A stretch of DNA of 54,275 nt from Gammaproteobacteria bacterium. GTDB lineage: Bacteria > Pseudomonadota > Gammaproteobacteria > Eutrophobiales > Eutrophobiaceae. A program made the position numbers and the translations under genes. Shown one piece after another: positions 25,233 to 36,326 of this stretch; within the stretch, counting starts at the first letter, position 1; each line of letters begins with the position of its first letter. The stretch lies in contig QNEM01000001.1 in assembly GCA_003645215.1 (NCBI GenBank), positions 1-54,275 on the forward strand, read 5' to 3'. Under the pieces are notes generated by a model, which ran no database searches, had not been told where the DNA came from, and was given only the letters and a program-made list of their open reading frames with translations.

Positions 25233-26150
25233 CTACACCAGGGATTTAAAAACATCAGTAGAGAGATAACGATCACCACGGTCGCAGACGATGGTAACGA
25301 TCAACGCATTTTCAAGCTCTGCTGAAAGTTTCAATGCCGCAGCGATTGCACCCCCGGAAGAAATTCCGGCAAAGATACCTTCTTCCCGACCCAGGGCAAT
25401 GGTAGTTTCCTCTGCTTCACCCTGTTCGACATCGATAATTCGATCCACCCTTGTTTCATCATAAATCTTCGGCAGATATTCTTTTGGCCAGCGTCGAATA
25501 CCGGGGATTTGTGCACCTTCAATGGGCTGTACACCGACGATCTGAATCTCAGGATTTTGTTCCTTGAGGTAGCGTGATGTGCCCATGATGGTTCCCGTAG
25601 TCCCCATGGAACTGACAAAGTGCGTGATCTTGCCATGGGTATCACGCCAGATTTCAGGACCTGTACCTTCGTAATGAGATAAGGGATTATCCTGATTTGA
25701 AAATTGATCGAGTACGATGCCTTTTTTATCTGCCTCCATTTCACGTGAAAGATCTATTGCCGCCTCCATGCTACCTTCTTCTGGCGTCAGGATGATCTCC
25801 GCACCAAAGGCCTTCATCACCGCGCGTCGTTCTTCACTCATATGTTCAGGCATGATCAAAATCATTTTGTAGCCCTTGATGGCTGCCGCCATGGCCAATG
25901 CGATACCTGTATTACCACTGGTTGCCTCAATCAGGGTATCACCGGGTTTGATATCACCTCGCGCCTCCGCATGTTTGATCATACTCATTGCGGGCCTGTC
26001 TTTGACTGAACCTGCAGGATTATTACCTTCCAGCTTGGCCATGATGATATTGCTGGTATCACCAGGCAACCGCTGCAATCTGACCAGTGGTGTATTGCCA
26101 ACATGCGCTTCAATCGTTGGAAAATCTTCTTTATTTAATTTTGTGGTCAC
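25233..26150 (-). CDS. cysM: Cysteine synthase B (O-acetylserine sulfhydrylase)
   Basis: 305 aa, closely parallel to E. coli CysM: GNTPLVRLQRL, KLEGNNPAGSVKDRPA (PLP lysine), IEATSGNTGIALAM. Confidence 0.88.
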   Translation of the reverse strand: MTTKLNKEDFPTIEAHVGNTPLVRLQRLPGDTSNIIMAKLEGNNPAGSVKDRPAMSMIKHAEARGDIKPGDTLIEATSGNTGIALAMAAAIKGYKMILIMPEHMSEERRAVMKAFGAEIILTPEEGSMEAAIDLSREMEADKKGIVLDQFSNQDNPLSHYEGTGPEIWRDTHGKITHFVSSMGTTGTIMGTSRYLKEQNPEIQIVGVQPIEGAQIPGIRRWPKEYLPKIYDETRVDRIIDVEQGEAEETTIALGREEGIFAGISSGGAIAAALKLSAELENALIVTIVCDRGDRYLSTDVFKSLV

Positions 26151-26170
26151 TGATATTACTCGTTATTTAT

Positions 26171-26647
26171 TTACATCTTATCTGTTAATTGTTTGGCTAA
26201 AATAAGGGCATCTTCACGACCAAATTTGGCAGGATAATAATCTTTGCGATTGCCTACTTCATCAAAACCTGATTTTTCATAGATTTTTATTGCCTGGCCA
26301 TTTGAAGGTCGCACTTCAAGAAACATGACATCTGCATTGTGTGCTTTTGCCAGATCAATCAGGTAATCAATCATCTCCTTGCCCAGTCCATTGTTCTGCA
26401 ACTCAGACCTGATACAGAGATTCAGGATATGCGCTTCACCCGCCAACACGGACATGATGCCATAGCCGGCAACCTTATCGTCCTGCTCAAGAACCCAGCA
26501 GCAATAACCGACATTCAAACAGTCCTGAAAAATACCAATCGACCAGGGAAATTCATAAACACCTTCTTCGATCTCCATGATATGTTCCAGGTCCATTCCT
26601 GACATGGGACGAAAAACGATAGTTGCCTGTTTCAAGACTGCACTCAT
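26171..26647 (-). CDS. rimI: Ribosomal-protein-alanine N-acetyltransferase RimI (GNAT)
   Basis: GNAT motif A RSELQNNGLGKEMIDYLIDLA. Start moved to ATG 26647, which forms an ATGA overlap with the upstream UDG stop. Confidence 0.8.
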   Translation of the reverse strand: MSAVLKQATIVFRPMSGMDLEHIMEIEEGVYEFPWSIGIFQDCLNVGYCCWVLEQDDKVAGYGIMSVLAGEAHILNLCIRSELQNNGLGKEMIDYLIDLAKAHNADVMFLEVRPSNGQAIKIYEKSGFDEVGNRKDYYPAKFGREDALILAKQLTDKM

Positions 26648-27342
26648 TTTGTTTCCTGATGAATTGTTTTCTTGTAAACGCGCATCGCCATTTGCAGATC
26701 CTGCCATGATTTTCGCTTTTCACGTGGCGAACGTAATAAATAAGCCGGGTGATATGTCACCACTACAGGAATCCCTGTATCAGCATATTCATATTGCTGG
26801 CCGCGCATCTTGCCTATGGGTGTTTCTGTTTGCAGCAGATTTTGCGCAGCAATACGACCAACTGCCAGAATAATCTTCGGTTGAATGAGATCAATCTGCT
26901 GTCGCAGATAAGCCGAGCACGCAGCAACCTCTTGCGCATGCGGATCCCGATTGTTTGGTGGACGACACTTCAGAATATTTGCGATAAAGACCTGCTCTCT
27001 TTGCAGACCACAGGCCAGCAACATGCTGTTAAGTAATTTTCCAGCACGGCCAACAAAGGGCTCGCCCTGTTTATCTTCTTCAGCACCCGGTGCCTCGCCA
27101 ATGATCAACCAGTCAGCATTATGGTCCCCCACACCAAACACCGTCTGTTTCCGTCCTCGATGCAGCTCACATTGTTGACACTTTGCAACGCGTTGTCGAA
27201 GATCTCCCCAGGCTTCATTTTCTTCAAACTCGGTCTCGACTACAGGAATAGAAACAGGATCGGCAATGAGCCTGTCCTTTGACCAATACACATCCACACC
27301 CATGGTCTGCAGATAATATTCCTGTGATTGTGTCAAACTCAT
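26644..27342 (-). CDS. Uracil-DNA glycosylase, family 4
   Basis: 232 aa; [23 protein letters not shown] and Fe-S Cys residues (CQQCELH...C...C); C-terminal HPAYLLR. Confidence 0.85.
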   Translation of the reverse strand: MSLTQSQEYYLQTMGVDVYWSKDRLIADPVSIPVVETEFEENEAWGDLRQRVAKCQQCELHRGRKQTVFGVGDHNADWLIIGEAPGAEEDKQGEPFVGRAGKLLNSMLLACGLQREQVFIANILKCRPPNNRDPHAQEVAACSAYLRQQIDLIQPKIILAVGRIAAQNLLQTETPIGKMRGQQYEYADTGIPVVVTYHPAYLLRSPREKRKSWQDLQMAMRVYKKTIHQETK

Positions 27343-27363
27343 ATTGCTATCAGACCCTTAATA

Positions 27364-28899
27364 TCAAACTTGGGGATGTGCCCGTTCAGTCTGAACCTGG
27401 GCCTTGTTCAATGCATTGATATAGGCCTTCGCAGAAGCGATAATAATGTCTGTGTCTGCACCTTGTCCGTTGATGACTCGACCGTCCATATCAACCCTGA
27501 CCGTGACCTCTCCTTGCGAATCTGTCCCGGTAGTAATATTACTCACCGAGTAAAGTTCCAGTTTACAACCACTATCCACCACTGATTCGATGGCCTTGAA
27601 TGTAGCATCGACTGGCCCACTGCCATCCGCACTGGCTTGTTTTTCTTCACCATCAACAGTCAGGGTCACCTCTGCAACCGGGGTTTCACCTGTTTCCGAA
27701 TTCACTTTCATGGAAACAAGTTTGATCCGCTCCAGGGTGGCTTCGTGCAAGGTATCAGTAACCAATGCCTGTAGATCCTCATCGAAGATTTCATGCTTCT
27801 TGTCTGCAAGATCCTTAAAACGACTGAACGCTGCGTTTAAATCTTCTTCGCGTTCAAACTCTGTTCCCAAATCAGATAACCTGGATTTAAATGCATTACG
27901 CCCTGAATGTTTCCCCAATACCATTCTATTGGCGTTCCAACCTACATCTTCAGCGCGCATGATTTCGTAAGTCTCGCGGCTTTTGAGTACACCATCCTGA
28001 TGAATGCCCGCTTCATGGGCAAAGGCATTGGCACCGACGATGGCCTTGTTCGGTTGCACAGGGAAACCCGTCACACTTGAAACCAGACGTGAACAAGTCA
28101 TGATTTGCGTAGTATCCAGAGTCGTATCACATGGAAATACATCCTGACGCGTACGCACTGTCATGACAATCTCCTCCAGTGACGCATTACCGGCGCGTTC
28201 ACCCAAACCATTGATGGTACATTCAACCTGTCTGGCCCCATTCATGACTGCAGAAAGTGAGTTACCAACCGCCAAACCCAGGTCATTATGACAATGCACC
28301 GAGAAGACTGCCTTGTCAGAATTCGGTATCCTTTCAATCAATTGTTTGATCAATTCACCAAACTGCTGGGGCAGGTTATAACCTACCGTATCCGGAATAT
28401 TGACTGTTGTCGCACCAGCATCGATCACTGCCTCCAAAACGCGGCACAAGAAATCCAGTTCTGAACGACCGGCATCTTCAGGTGAAAATTCAACATTATC
28501 TGTATACTTGCGCGCACGCTTGACCGCATGCACAGCCTGTTCCACAACCTGATCAGGCGTCATGCGCAATTTTTCTCTCATGTGGATAGGTGATGTCGCA
28601 AGAAAGGTATGAATTCTTGAGGATCGCGCCGGCTTTAAAGCCGCCGCCGCCCTGTCGATATCTTTATCCAGGGCGCGCGCAAGCCCACAAACCGTACTGT
28701 CCTGAATTACCTCAGCGACCTGATGTACGGCCTCGAAATCACCCGGACTGGCTATCGGGAAGCCTGCCTCAATGATATCAACCTTCATGCGCTCCAGCGC
28801 CCTGGCGATCCGAACCTTCTCATCCCTGGTCATTGATGCACCAGGGCTTTGCTCTCCATCACGAAGTGTTGTATCAAATATTATTAATTTGTCTTGCAT
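27364..28899 (-). CDS. leuA: 2-isopropylmalate synthase LeuA
   Basis: 511 aa; [28 protein letters not shown]-terminal LeuA allosteric domain. Confidence 0.95.
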   Translation of the reverse strand: MQDKLIIFDTTLRDGEQSPGASMTRDEKVRIARALERMKVDIIEAGFPIASPGDFEAVHQVAEVIQDSTVCGLARALDKDIDRAAAALKPARSSRIHTFLATSPIHMREKLRMTPDQVVEQAVHAVKRARKYTDNVEFSPEDAGRSELDFLCRVLEAVIDAGATTVNIPDTVGYNLPQQFGELIKQLIERIPNSDKAVFSVHCHNDLGLAVGNSLSAVMNGARQVECTINGLGERAGNASLEEIVMTVRTRQDVFPCDTTLDTTQIMTCSRLVSSVTGFPVQPNKAIVGANAFAHEAGIHQDGVLKSRETYEIMRAEDVGWNANRMVLGKHSGRNAFKSRLSDLGTEFEREEDLNAAFSRFKDLADKKHEIFDEDLQALVTDTLHEATLERIKLVSMKVNSETGETPVAEVTLTVDGEEKQASADGSGPVDATFKAIESVVDSGCKLELYSVSNITTGTDSQGEVTVRVDMDGRVINGQGADTDIIIASAKAYINALNKAQVQTERAHPQV

Positions 28900-28921
28900 T
28901 TTCCTGCTCCGAAACCTGCAT

Positions 28922-29099
28922 CCATACTACAGTATGGACGTGAAACCATACACGAATTTGTCGTGTGTAACACACGAACACTATTGGGATCTAACTATGA
29001 GGTGGTTTATTTTGCCCGGCAGGGCAGCAGACGTAGCAATGCACCGAATGATAATCCGGTTTGGTCATTGAACTGATAATTTTGATTGAAAATCTTCAT
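28922..29099 (-). promoter_or_regulatory. Candidate leuA leader: Leu-rich 30-codon mini-ORF (29099..29007) followed by four overlapping alternative hairpins (28977..28922)
   Basis: The mini-ORF is MKIFNQNYQFNDQTGLSFGALLRLLPCRAK*. The hairpins lie at 28961..28977, 28950..28966, 28932..28951 and 28922..28937, and each shares an arm with the next. There is no SD before the mini-ORF and no U-tract terminator, so confidence is low. Confidence 0.3.
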
Positions 29100-29120
29100 T
29101 ACAGTGCGAAATATAACGAC

Positions 29121-29145
29121 ACTTGCAGCTATTGCAAGTTTTTTA
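29121..29145. terminator. Hairpin plus T-tract between pssA and the leuA leader; the T-tract is on the + strand
   Basis: ACTTGCA-gctat-TGCAAGT (29121..29139), then TTTTTTATT on the + strand. On the minus strand, which is the direction of pssA, an A-tract precedes it and only GTCGTTATATTT follows. Confidence 0.4.
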
Positions 29146-29218
29146 TTGGAAAGAATCTGCTGGCAGGTTTCGGAAATCAGTCTTGCCCGCCTTGTTTGTC
29201 CTGCCTGGTCTTGCCTTT

Positions 29219-29968
29219 CTAGTCTTGCTTGTCGGGAGATTCCTGAAGTTTTCTCGCCGCACGATGTTTACGAATAAACAGCAAGGTCATTGCCGGCCCT
29301 GAAATGGCATAGACCAATGAGATAGAAAATAGCACCAGTGGCGGTTCGCTGGCAATAAACACAAACAACAATACCAGAAGCAATATTCCGACGAAGGGAA
29401 CGCGACCTTTAAGATCTACTTCCTTGAAACTGTAAAACCGGATATTACTGACCATCAGTATTCCAGCCAGCACTGTGACAGGAAATGCAATGATGGTCAG
29501 ATTTGTGACCTCTACAAGTTCCTGCGTTTCTCCCAACCAAATCATCCCTGCGACCAGGGCAGCGGCAGCAGGACTGGGTAAACCCTGGAAAAATCGTTTG
29601 TCTACGCTGGCAGCTTGCGTGTTAAAGCGGGCCAGTCTGAGCGCGGTCGATGCTGTATAAATAAATGCTGCAAGCCAACCCAGTTTACCCATACCAGACA
29701 GGGCCCACTGATACACTATTAATGCAGGCGCCAGACCAAACGAAACCATGTCTGCCAGGCTATCGTACTCAACACCGAAATCTGACTGGGTATTTGTTAA
29801 ACGGGCAATACGACCATCCAGTCCGTCCATGATCATGGCAACAAATATTGCGATGGCAGCACTTTCAAATTGTGAATTCATGGCTGAAACAATGCCATAG
29901 AAACCGGCAAACAGGCCGGCTGTGGTGAACAGGTTAGGAAGGAGATAAATACCGCGACGACGTTTCAA
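29219..29968 (-). CDS. pssA: CDP-diacylglycerol--serine O-phosphatidyltransferase PssA
   Basis: 249 aa, polytopic; CDP-alcohol phosphatidyltransferase motif DGLDGRIARLTNTQSDFGVEYDSLADMV. Confidence 0.9.
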   Translation of the reverse strand: MKRRRGIYLLPNLFTTAGLFAGFYGIVSAMNSQFESAAIAIFVAMIMDGLDGRIARLTNTQSDFGVEYDSLADMVSFGLAPALIVYQWALSGMGKLGWLAAFIYTASTALRLARFNTQAASVDKRFFQGLPSPAAAALVAGMIWLGETQELVEVTNLTIIAFPVTVLAGILMVSNIRFYSFKEVDLKGRVPFVGILLLVLLFVFIASEPPLVLFSISLVYAISGPAMTLLFIRKHRAARKLQESPDKQD

Positions 29969-30004
29969 ATGTTTTCTGCCTTGTTTGACTATGTTGTCAG
30001 TCTT

Positions 30005-30268
30005 ATACCCAAACTACTTGGAAATGCAAGTTTCAGCAAGTTGAAAAGTAATCATAATCAAGGCATAAAGCCGCAGGACTAGCCATTCTAGTCCAAGGTT
30101 TTATAACGATGAAGATGGCTGCTTTTCATCATGCCCTGTGGGAGCTCAGTCAGAAAGCCAGTGCCGCGTTACAACTCTTATGAAGGACCAGTCATTCACT
30201 GCGAGTTGTGCCTTGCTCTGACTTTCTGACTGAACTCTGAATCCTGCATTTCCAAGTAGTTTGGGTAT
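30005..30268 (-). mobile_element. 264-bp MITE-like element, family A, copy 2 (inverted relative to copy 1)
   Basis: It has the same 24-nt termini as copy 1. My hand alignment of its reverse complement to 12301..12564 shows about 23 substitutions and no indels. It lies between the psd-like gene and pssA. Confidence 0.7.
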
Positions 30269-30280
30269 GAACTTCTGTCG

Positions 30281-30991
30281 CTAAACAGCATCCCCCGCAA
30301 CGATATCTTTACCATGAGGATTATTATCATTAACCAGACTCACTGGCTTATTGTGGACGAGACAGGCAAGAACACCTTCCCCTGAGGTAATCGGTTGACC
30401 AGGTTCAACTTGCAGTTTTGAACTTGCAGGGATAAATACATCAACCGTACCACCAAAATACAGGAATCCGCATCTTTGTCCCTGACCAAGTCGTTCACCC
30501 GATTGAATATAGATTCGAAAACAGATAGCAGCACAAGGTCTTAGGCTGAAGACGGTAACAACATCATCACCCTCATCGGTTCTGATCCAGAAAGCATATT
30601 TACGTTGTCCGTTCTCTGCCTCGCATTTCTCTGACCATTGCTCCATCACCTTGCCTTCAACAGGACTACGAAAAGAGAACACATCAAGGCTCGACATTTT
30701 TAGCCTGATTCTCCTCGCCTGTCGATTAAGTCCCTGCTTACTGGTCCAGGGGTCATCTATCTCGTCAACCTCTACAACCCTTCCTTCTACCGGACTGAGA
30801 ATAGCCAGCGGTAAAGATGGAATGGTTCGTTGCGGATCTCTTAATAAAAACAGGAACAGGCAAAAGACTGTCGCCAGAATAACTGCGATAGCGGTGTTGA
30901 TAAAATTAAATGCCAGAAAAATCAGGCCGGCCAACACGATCAGCAGTAACCAGCCTTCTTTGGCAATAAATGGATGACGGTTACTGGGCAT
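30281..30991 (-). CDS. Phosphatidylserine decarboxylase-family protein (short, Psd-related type) with a non-canonical processing motif
   Basis: 236 aa with N-terminal TM helices. The C-terminal block GQRCGFLYFGGTVDVFIP aligns with the F-G-S-(T/R)-V motif of short Psd proteins but has Gly at the Ser position. It sits next to pssA. Confidence 0.75.
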   Translation of the reverse strand: MPSNRHPFIAKEGWLLLIVLAGLIFLAFNFINTAIAVILATVFCLFLFLLRDPQRTIPSLPLAILSPVEGRVVEVDEIDDPWTSKQGLNRQARRIRLKMSSLDVFSFRSPVEGKVMEQWSEKCEAENGQRKYAFWIRTDEGDDVVTVFSLRPCAAICFRIYIQSGERLGQGQRCGFLYFGGTVDVFIPASSKLQVEPGQPITSGEGVLACLVHNKPVSLVNDNNPHGKDIVAGDAV

Positions 30992-31002
30992 TATTAATCC
31001 TG

Positions 31003-31037
31003 AAAAAACAAAGGCCCGCTAACGGGTACGGGGCCTT
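31003..31037 (-). terminator. Rho-independent terminator downstream of ilvC
   Basis: The minus strand reads AAGGCCC-cgtacccgttagc-GGGCCTT followed by TGTTTTTT. Confidence 0.7.
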
Positions 31038-31082
31038 ATCAATAAAATCTATCACAAAACTGTCTTGAGAAGACTACAGGTT

Positions 31083-32099
<1,017 letters not shown>

Positions 32100-32170
32100 T
32101 CAAAATAATAATTAAAATTAAAATCTAATAAAATATTCCCTAACGAAATATTCAGGTGAATGATCTGAAA

Positions 32171-32659
32171 CTACTGAATTGCCTTATCACCCCGGGCAAT
32201 ACCCGAGATACCGGAACGCACTACTTCCAGAATGTCTTTCTCGTCCAATGCATTGATAAAGGCATCCAGCTTATCTCCAGCACCTGTCATCTCGATAGTG
32301 TAAGTATTCTCTGTGACATCAATAATTCGACCACGGAAAATATCAACCAGGCGTTTGATTTCTTCCCGGTTTTTACCTTTGGCCTGCAATTTGATCAACA
32401 TCAGTTCTCGCTCAATGTGACGACTCTCATTCAGGTCTATGACCTTGATCACATCAACCAGTTTATTCAGATGCTTGGTGATCTGCTCTATCACCTCATC
32501 TGAACCCGAGGTCACCAAAGTCATGCGTGAAACGGTAGGATCTTCTGTTGGTGCAACCGTCAGTGATTCAATATTGTATGCACGCGCTGAAAACAGACCG
32601 GCGACGCGTGACAATGCACCAGTTTCATTTTCCATCAATAAGGAAAGTATATGTCTCAT
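32171..32659 (-). CDS. ilvH: Acetolactate synthase small (regulatory) subunit
   Basis: 162 aa; [47 protein letters not shown] (ACT domain). Confidence 0.93.
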   Translation of the reverse strand: MRHILSLLMENETGALSRVAGLFSARAYNIESLTVAPTEDPTVSRMTLVTSGSDEVIEQITKHLNKLVDVIKVIDLNESRHIERELMLIKLQAKGKNREEIKRLVDIFRGRIIDVTENTYTIEMTGAGDKLDAFINALDEKDILEVVRSGISGIARGDKAIQ

Positions 32660-32661
32660 GA

Positions 32662-34389
32662 TCAGGCCAACTCTCTGTTTGGTGACAGGTGCATTTCATG
32701 ATGCCCTTTACCTGCAGCAATCATCGGGTATACGTTTTCTGTTTCATCAGTAATAAAATCTATGAACACCACTTTTTCTTTTTCATTCAGCGCTTCTTTC
32801 AATGCTGATTCAACATCGGCAGATTTTTCAATGCGCATACCAATGTGTCCATAACTTTCGGCCAATTTTACAAAATCTGGCAAGGCCTCCATATAAGAAT
32901 GCGAATAACGACTCTCATAGAAAAATTCCTGCCACTGTCGAACCATGCCCATGTAACGATTGTTCAGGTTAATTACGGTAAATGGAATTCCGTATTGCAG
33001 GCAGGTGGATAGCTCCTGTAAACACATAACAATACTTGCATCACCTGTGATGCAGGCAACTGTTTCATCAGGAAAGGCCTTTTTAACACCCATGGCTGCC
33101 GGTAATCCAAATCCCATCGTGCCTAAACCACCTGAGTTGATCCAACGCCTTGGTTTATCGAACTTGTAATACTGCGCCGCCCACATCTGATGCTGCCCGA
33201 CATCTGAAGTAATGTAGGCATCACCTTTAGTCAGCTCATATAATTTTTCAACAACGAACTGTGGCTTGATAATTTCACTCTCGCGATCATATTTAAGACA
33301 ATCGATTCCCCGCCATTCTTTAATCTGATCCCACCACGGTTCCAGATCTTTTGCCGTCGGCAGATCTTTCCGGCTATCCAGTAATGCAGACAAATCTCGC
33401 AGAACGTGCTTTACGTCACCAACAATGGGAATATCAACCGGAATGTTCTTGGAGATAGAAGATGGATCTATATCAATATGGATGATCTTTGCAGAAGGAC
33501 AAAATTGTTCCAGATCTCCCGTGACACGATCATCAAAGCGGGCACCAATGGCGATCAGGACATCACATTGATGCATTGCCATGTTTGCTTCATAAGTACC
33601 ATGCATTCCCAGCATGCCGACGAATTGTTTGTCCGTGCCGGGATAAGCTCCCAGACCCATCAAGGTATTGGTAATAGGGAAACCCAATTTACGGGTAAAT
33701 GATGTCAGTTCTTTATCGGCATTCGAAAGGATGGCACCGCCGCCTGAGTAAATCATTGGTCTTTTGGCAGAGGCGATCAACTCAACCGCACGCTTCATCT
33801 GGCCTGTGTGACCTTTCATAACAGGTTTGTAGGAACGCATATCCACACTCTTTGGATATTCATATTCGCAACTATCAGCAGTGATATCTTTAGGAATATC
33901 CACAACCACAGGCCCCGGACGACCCGTGGTCGCAACATAAAATGCCTTTTTGATGGTGGCGGCCAGGTCTTCAACATTCTTCACCAGGAAGTTGTGTTTC
34001 ACGCAAGGACGGGTCACGCCAACGGCATCGACCTCCTGAAAAGCATCATTACCGATCAGATGCGTTGGTACCTGGCCGGTGAAAACAACCAGAGGAATAG
34101 AATCCATATAAGCAGTGGCGATACCGGTCACACAATTGGTCGCCCCCGGGCCAGAAGTCACCAAAACCACACCAGGTTCACCTGTCGCACGCGCATAGGC
34201 ATCGGCAGCGTGTGTTGCACCCTGCTCATGACGCACAAGGATATGCTCAACATCATCCTGCTTATACAATGCATCGTAGATATGTAAAACGGAGCCACCG
34301 GGATAACCAAACAAATGTTTGATCCCCTCATCTTTCAGGGCACGAATAAAAATTTCCGCCCCTCTAAGCACCTCTTTTGACTTGCCCAA
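32662..34389 (-). CDS. ilvI: Acetolactate synthase large (catalytic) subunit, TTG start
   Basis: 575 aa; ThDP enzyme motifs [14 protein letters not shown] and [14 protein letters not shown]...[12 protein letters not shown]. Start TTG 34389 with AGGAAACAGGA upstream. Confidence 0.93.
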   Translation of the reverse strand: MGKSKEVLRGAEIFIRALKDEGIKHLFGYPGGSVLHIYDALYKQDDVEHILVRHEQGATHAADAYARATGEPGVVLVTSGPGATNCVTGIATAYMDSIPLVVFTGQVPTHLIGNDAFQEVDAVGVTRPCVKHNFLVKNVEDLAATIKKAFYVATTGRPGPVVVDIPKDITADSCEYEYPKSVDMRSYKPVMKGHTGQMKRAVELIASAKRPMIYSGGGAILSNADKELTSFTRKLGFPITNTLMGLGAYPGTDKQFVGMLGMHGTYEANMAMHQCDVLIAIGARFDDRVTGDLEQFCPSAKIIHIDIDPSSISKNIPVDIPIVGDVKHVLRDLSALLDSRKDLPTAKDLEPWWDQIKEWRGIDCLKYDRESEIIKPQFVVEKLYELTKGDAYITSDVGQHQMWAAQYYKFDKPRRWINSGGLGTMGFGLPAAMGVKKAFPDETVACITGDASIVMCLQELSTCLQYGIPFTVINLNNRYMGMVRQWQEFFYESRYSHSYMEALPDFVKLAESYGHIGMRIEKSADVESALKEALNEKEKVVFIDFITDETENVYPMIAAGKGHHEMHLSPNRELA

Positions 34390-34540
34390 TATCCTGTTTC
34401 CTGTTGGTTTTAGTTTTCGTAAGTGTAAACCTCGGAAAGTTACTGATATTCTTGCTTCAGGTCAAGTTGTGCCATGCACAAAAGGGAAAACTTTTACCCG
34501 CTATGCAGAAAAAATCGAGAATTCACCCTCGGGCCCACTT

Positions 34541-34562
34541 ATACCCAAACTACCTGGAAATA
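34541..34562. repeat. Solo terminal repeat of MITE family A
   Basis: ATACCCAAACTACCTGGAAATA matches the family A terminus with one mismatch in the first 21 nt. No partner end lies within 300 bp. It sits in the ilvI/proS divergent intergenic region. Confidence 0.5.
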
Positions 34563-34604
34563 AGCTAAGATACGCGTCCAAAATATTTTAACAGCAGAGA
34601 CTCG

Positions 34605-36317
34605 ATGCAAATTTCCAAATATTTAATCGCCACCCTGAGGGAGGCCCCTGCCGAAGCCGAAATCATCAGCCACCAGCTAATGCTGCGAGCAGGTATGATC
34701 CGCCGGATAGCCTCCGGTATATATACCTGGCTACCCATGGGTCTACGCGTATTGCGCAAGGTAGAGGCAATTATTCGTGAAGAAATGGATCGTACCGGTG
34801 CCCAGGAGTTGCTGATGCCGGGTGTCCAACCGGCAGAACTCTGGGAGGAATCGGGTCGCTGGGATCAATATGGGCCTGAATTATTACGCATCCAGGACAG
34901 GCACCAGCGAGATTTTTGCCTGGGCCCTACACATGAAGAAATCATTACCGACCTGATCCGCAAGGAAATCAGAAGCTATAAACAGCTACCGGCCAATTTT
35001 TACCAGATACAGACCAAGTTTCGTGACGAAGTCAGGCCCCGTTTTGGCATCATGCGTGCGCGTGAATTCCTGATGAAAGATGCCTATTCTTTTCATCTGA
35101 CAGAAGAATCACTGCAAGAAACATATGATGAAATGTTTTCCACCTATACCCGAATTTTTGAACGACTGGGTTTGAAATTCCGTGCGGTGCAGGCCGACAG
35201 TGGCAATATCGGTGGTAATGCCTCACATGAATTCCACGTGCTGGCCGATTCCGGGGAAGACCAGATTGTCTTCAATGAAGAAGGAAGCTATGCCGCGAAT
35301 ATTGAACTTGCCGAGGCACCGATGCCTGAAGGTGAACGTAATGCGCCTGAAGCAACCCTGGCGACAGTTGATACACCAGATCAACATACTATTGAAGAGC
35401 TCAGCCAGTTTCTGAATATCAGTGCTGATAAATGCATCAAAACACTGGTAGTAAAGGGGCAGAATGAATCACTCGTCGCCCTGGTACTCAGGGGCGATCA
35501 CGAACTCAACAAGGTCAAGGCAGAAAAAATACCTGCCGTTGAAATACCGCTTGAGTTTGCCAGTGCCGAAGAAATTAAAAAATCGTTAAATTGCACACCT
35601 GGCTCTATAGGCCCGGTTAATATCAATATTCCTGTCATCGTTGACCACAGTGCGCTGCATGTTGCAGATTTTGTCTGTGGCGCCAATGAAGACGGCAAGC
35701 ATCTGACCGGCGTTAACTGGGGACGTGACCTGCCTGAACCAGAGGGTGTCGATATTCGCAATATTGTAAAAGGTGAGCCGGCAGCAGATGGATCCGGCAA
35801 ACTCGATATTGCCAAGGGCATAGAGGTTGGCCATATCTTTCAATTAGGCAAAAAATACAGTGCGGCGATGAAGGCGACCTGCCTGGATAAAAATGGCGAC
35901 TCCCAGACTTTAATCATGGGCTGCTACGGGATTGGTGTATCCAGAATAGTGGCCGCCGCCATCGAACAGAATCATGATGAAAATGGCATTATCTGGCCTG
36001 TTGCAATAGCACCATTTCATATATCACTGGTGCCAATCAACATGCATAAATCACAACGCCTGCGCGATGCTGTCATGGGGCTTTACCAGGAACTACAAGA
36101 CGCGGGGATAGAAGTACTGCTGGATGACCGTAAAGAACGCCCGGGAGTTATGTTCTCGGATGCTGAATTAATCGGTATCCCACATCGCCTCACCTTTGGC
36201 GAACGGGGACTTGATGCTGGCACCATCGAATACAGATCACGCACAGATTCTGAAAACACTGACATCCAGCTAAGTGAAGTGACTGATTTTATTAAAAGCC
36301 AACTGGCCAGAGCATAA
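34605..36317 (+). CDS. proS: Proline--tRNA ligase ProS (bacterial type with INS editing domain)
   Basis: 570 aa; class II aaRS motifs ([34 protein letters not shown]). Confidence 0.95.
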   Translation: MQISKYLIATLREAPAEAEIISHQLMLRAGMIRRIASGIYTWLPMGLRVLRKVEAIIREEMDRTGAQELLMPGVQPAELWEESGRWDQYGPELLRIQDRHQRDFCLGPTHEEIITDLIRKEIRSYKQLPANFYQIQTKFRDEVRPRFGIMRAREFLMKDAYSFHLTEESLQETYDEMFSTYTRIFERLGLKFRAVQADSGNIGGNASHEFHVLADSGEDQIVFNEEGSYAANIELAEAPMPEGERNAPEATLATVDTPDQHTIEELSQFLNISADKCIKTLVVKGQNESLVALVLRGDHELNKVKAEKIPAVEIPLEFASAEEIKKSLNCTPGSIGPVNINIPVIVDHSALHVADFVCGANEDGKHLTGVNWGRDLPEPEGVDIRNIVKGEPAADGSGKLDIAKGIEVGHIFQLGKKYSAAMKATCLDKNGDSQTLIMGCYGIGVSRIVAAAIEQNHDENGIIWPVAIAPFHISLVPINMHKSQRLRDAVMGLYQELQDAGIEVLLDDRKERPGVMFSDAELIGIPHRLTFGERGLDAGTIEYRSRTDSENTDIQLSEVTDFIKSQLARA

Positions 36318-36326
36318 ATACACTGT

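Noticed and set aside
28772-29277. + strand ORFs (99, 60 and 63 aa) across the leuA start and leader
   Set aside because: They are antisense to leuA, pssA and the leader, with no RBS. The region is better explained as regulatory RNA structure.
34390-34604. Search for an ilv leader peptide (Val/Ile/Leu-rich mini-ORF) upstream of ilvI
   Set aside because: No branched-chain-rich mini-ORF or terminator hairpin is visible on the minus strand. The ORFs listed here on the + strand (34319..34591, 34377..34568) look spurious.
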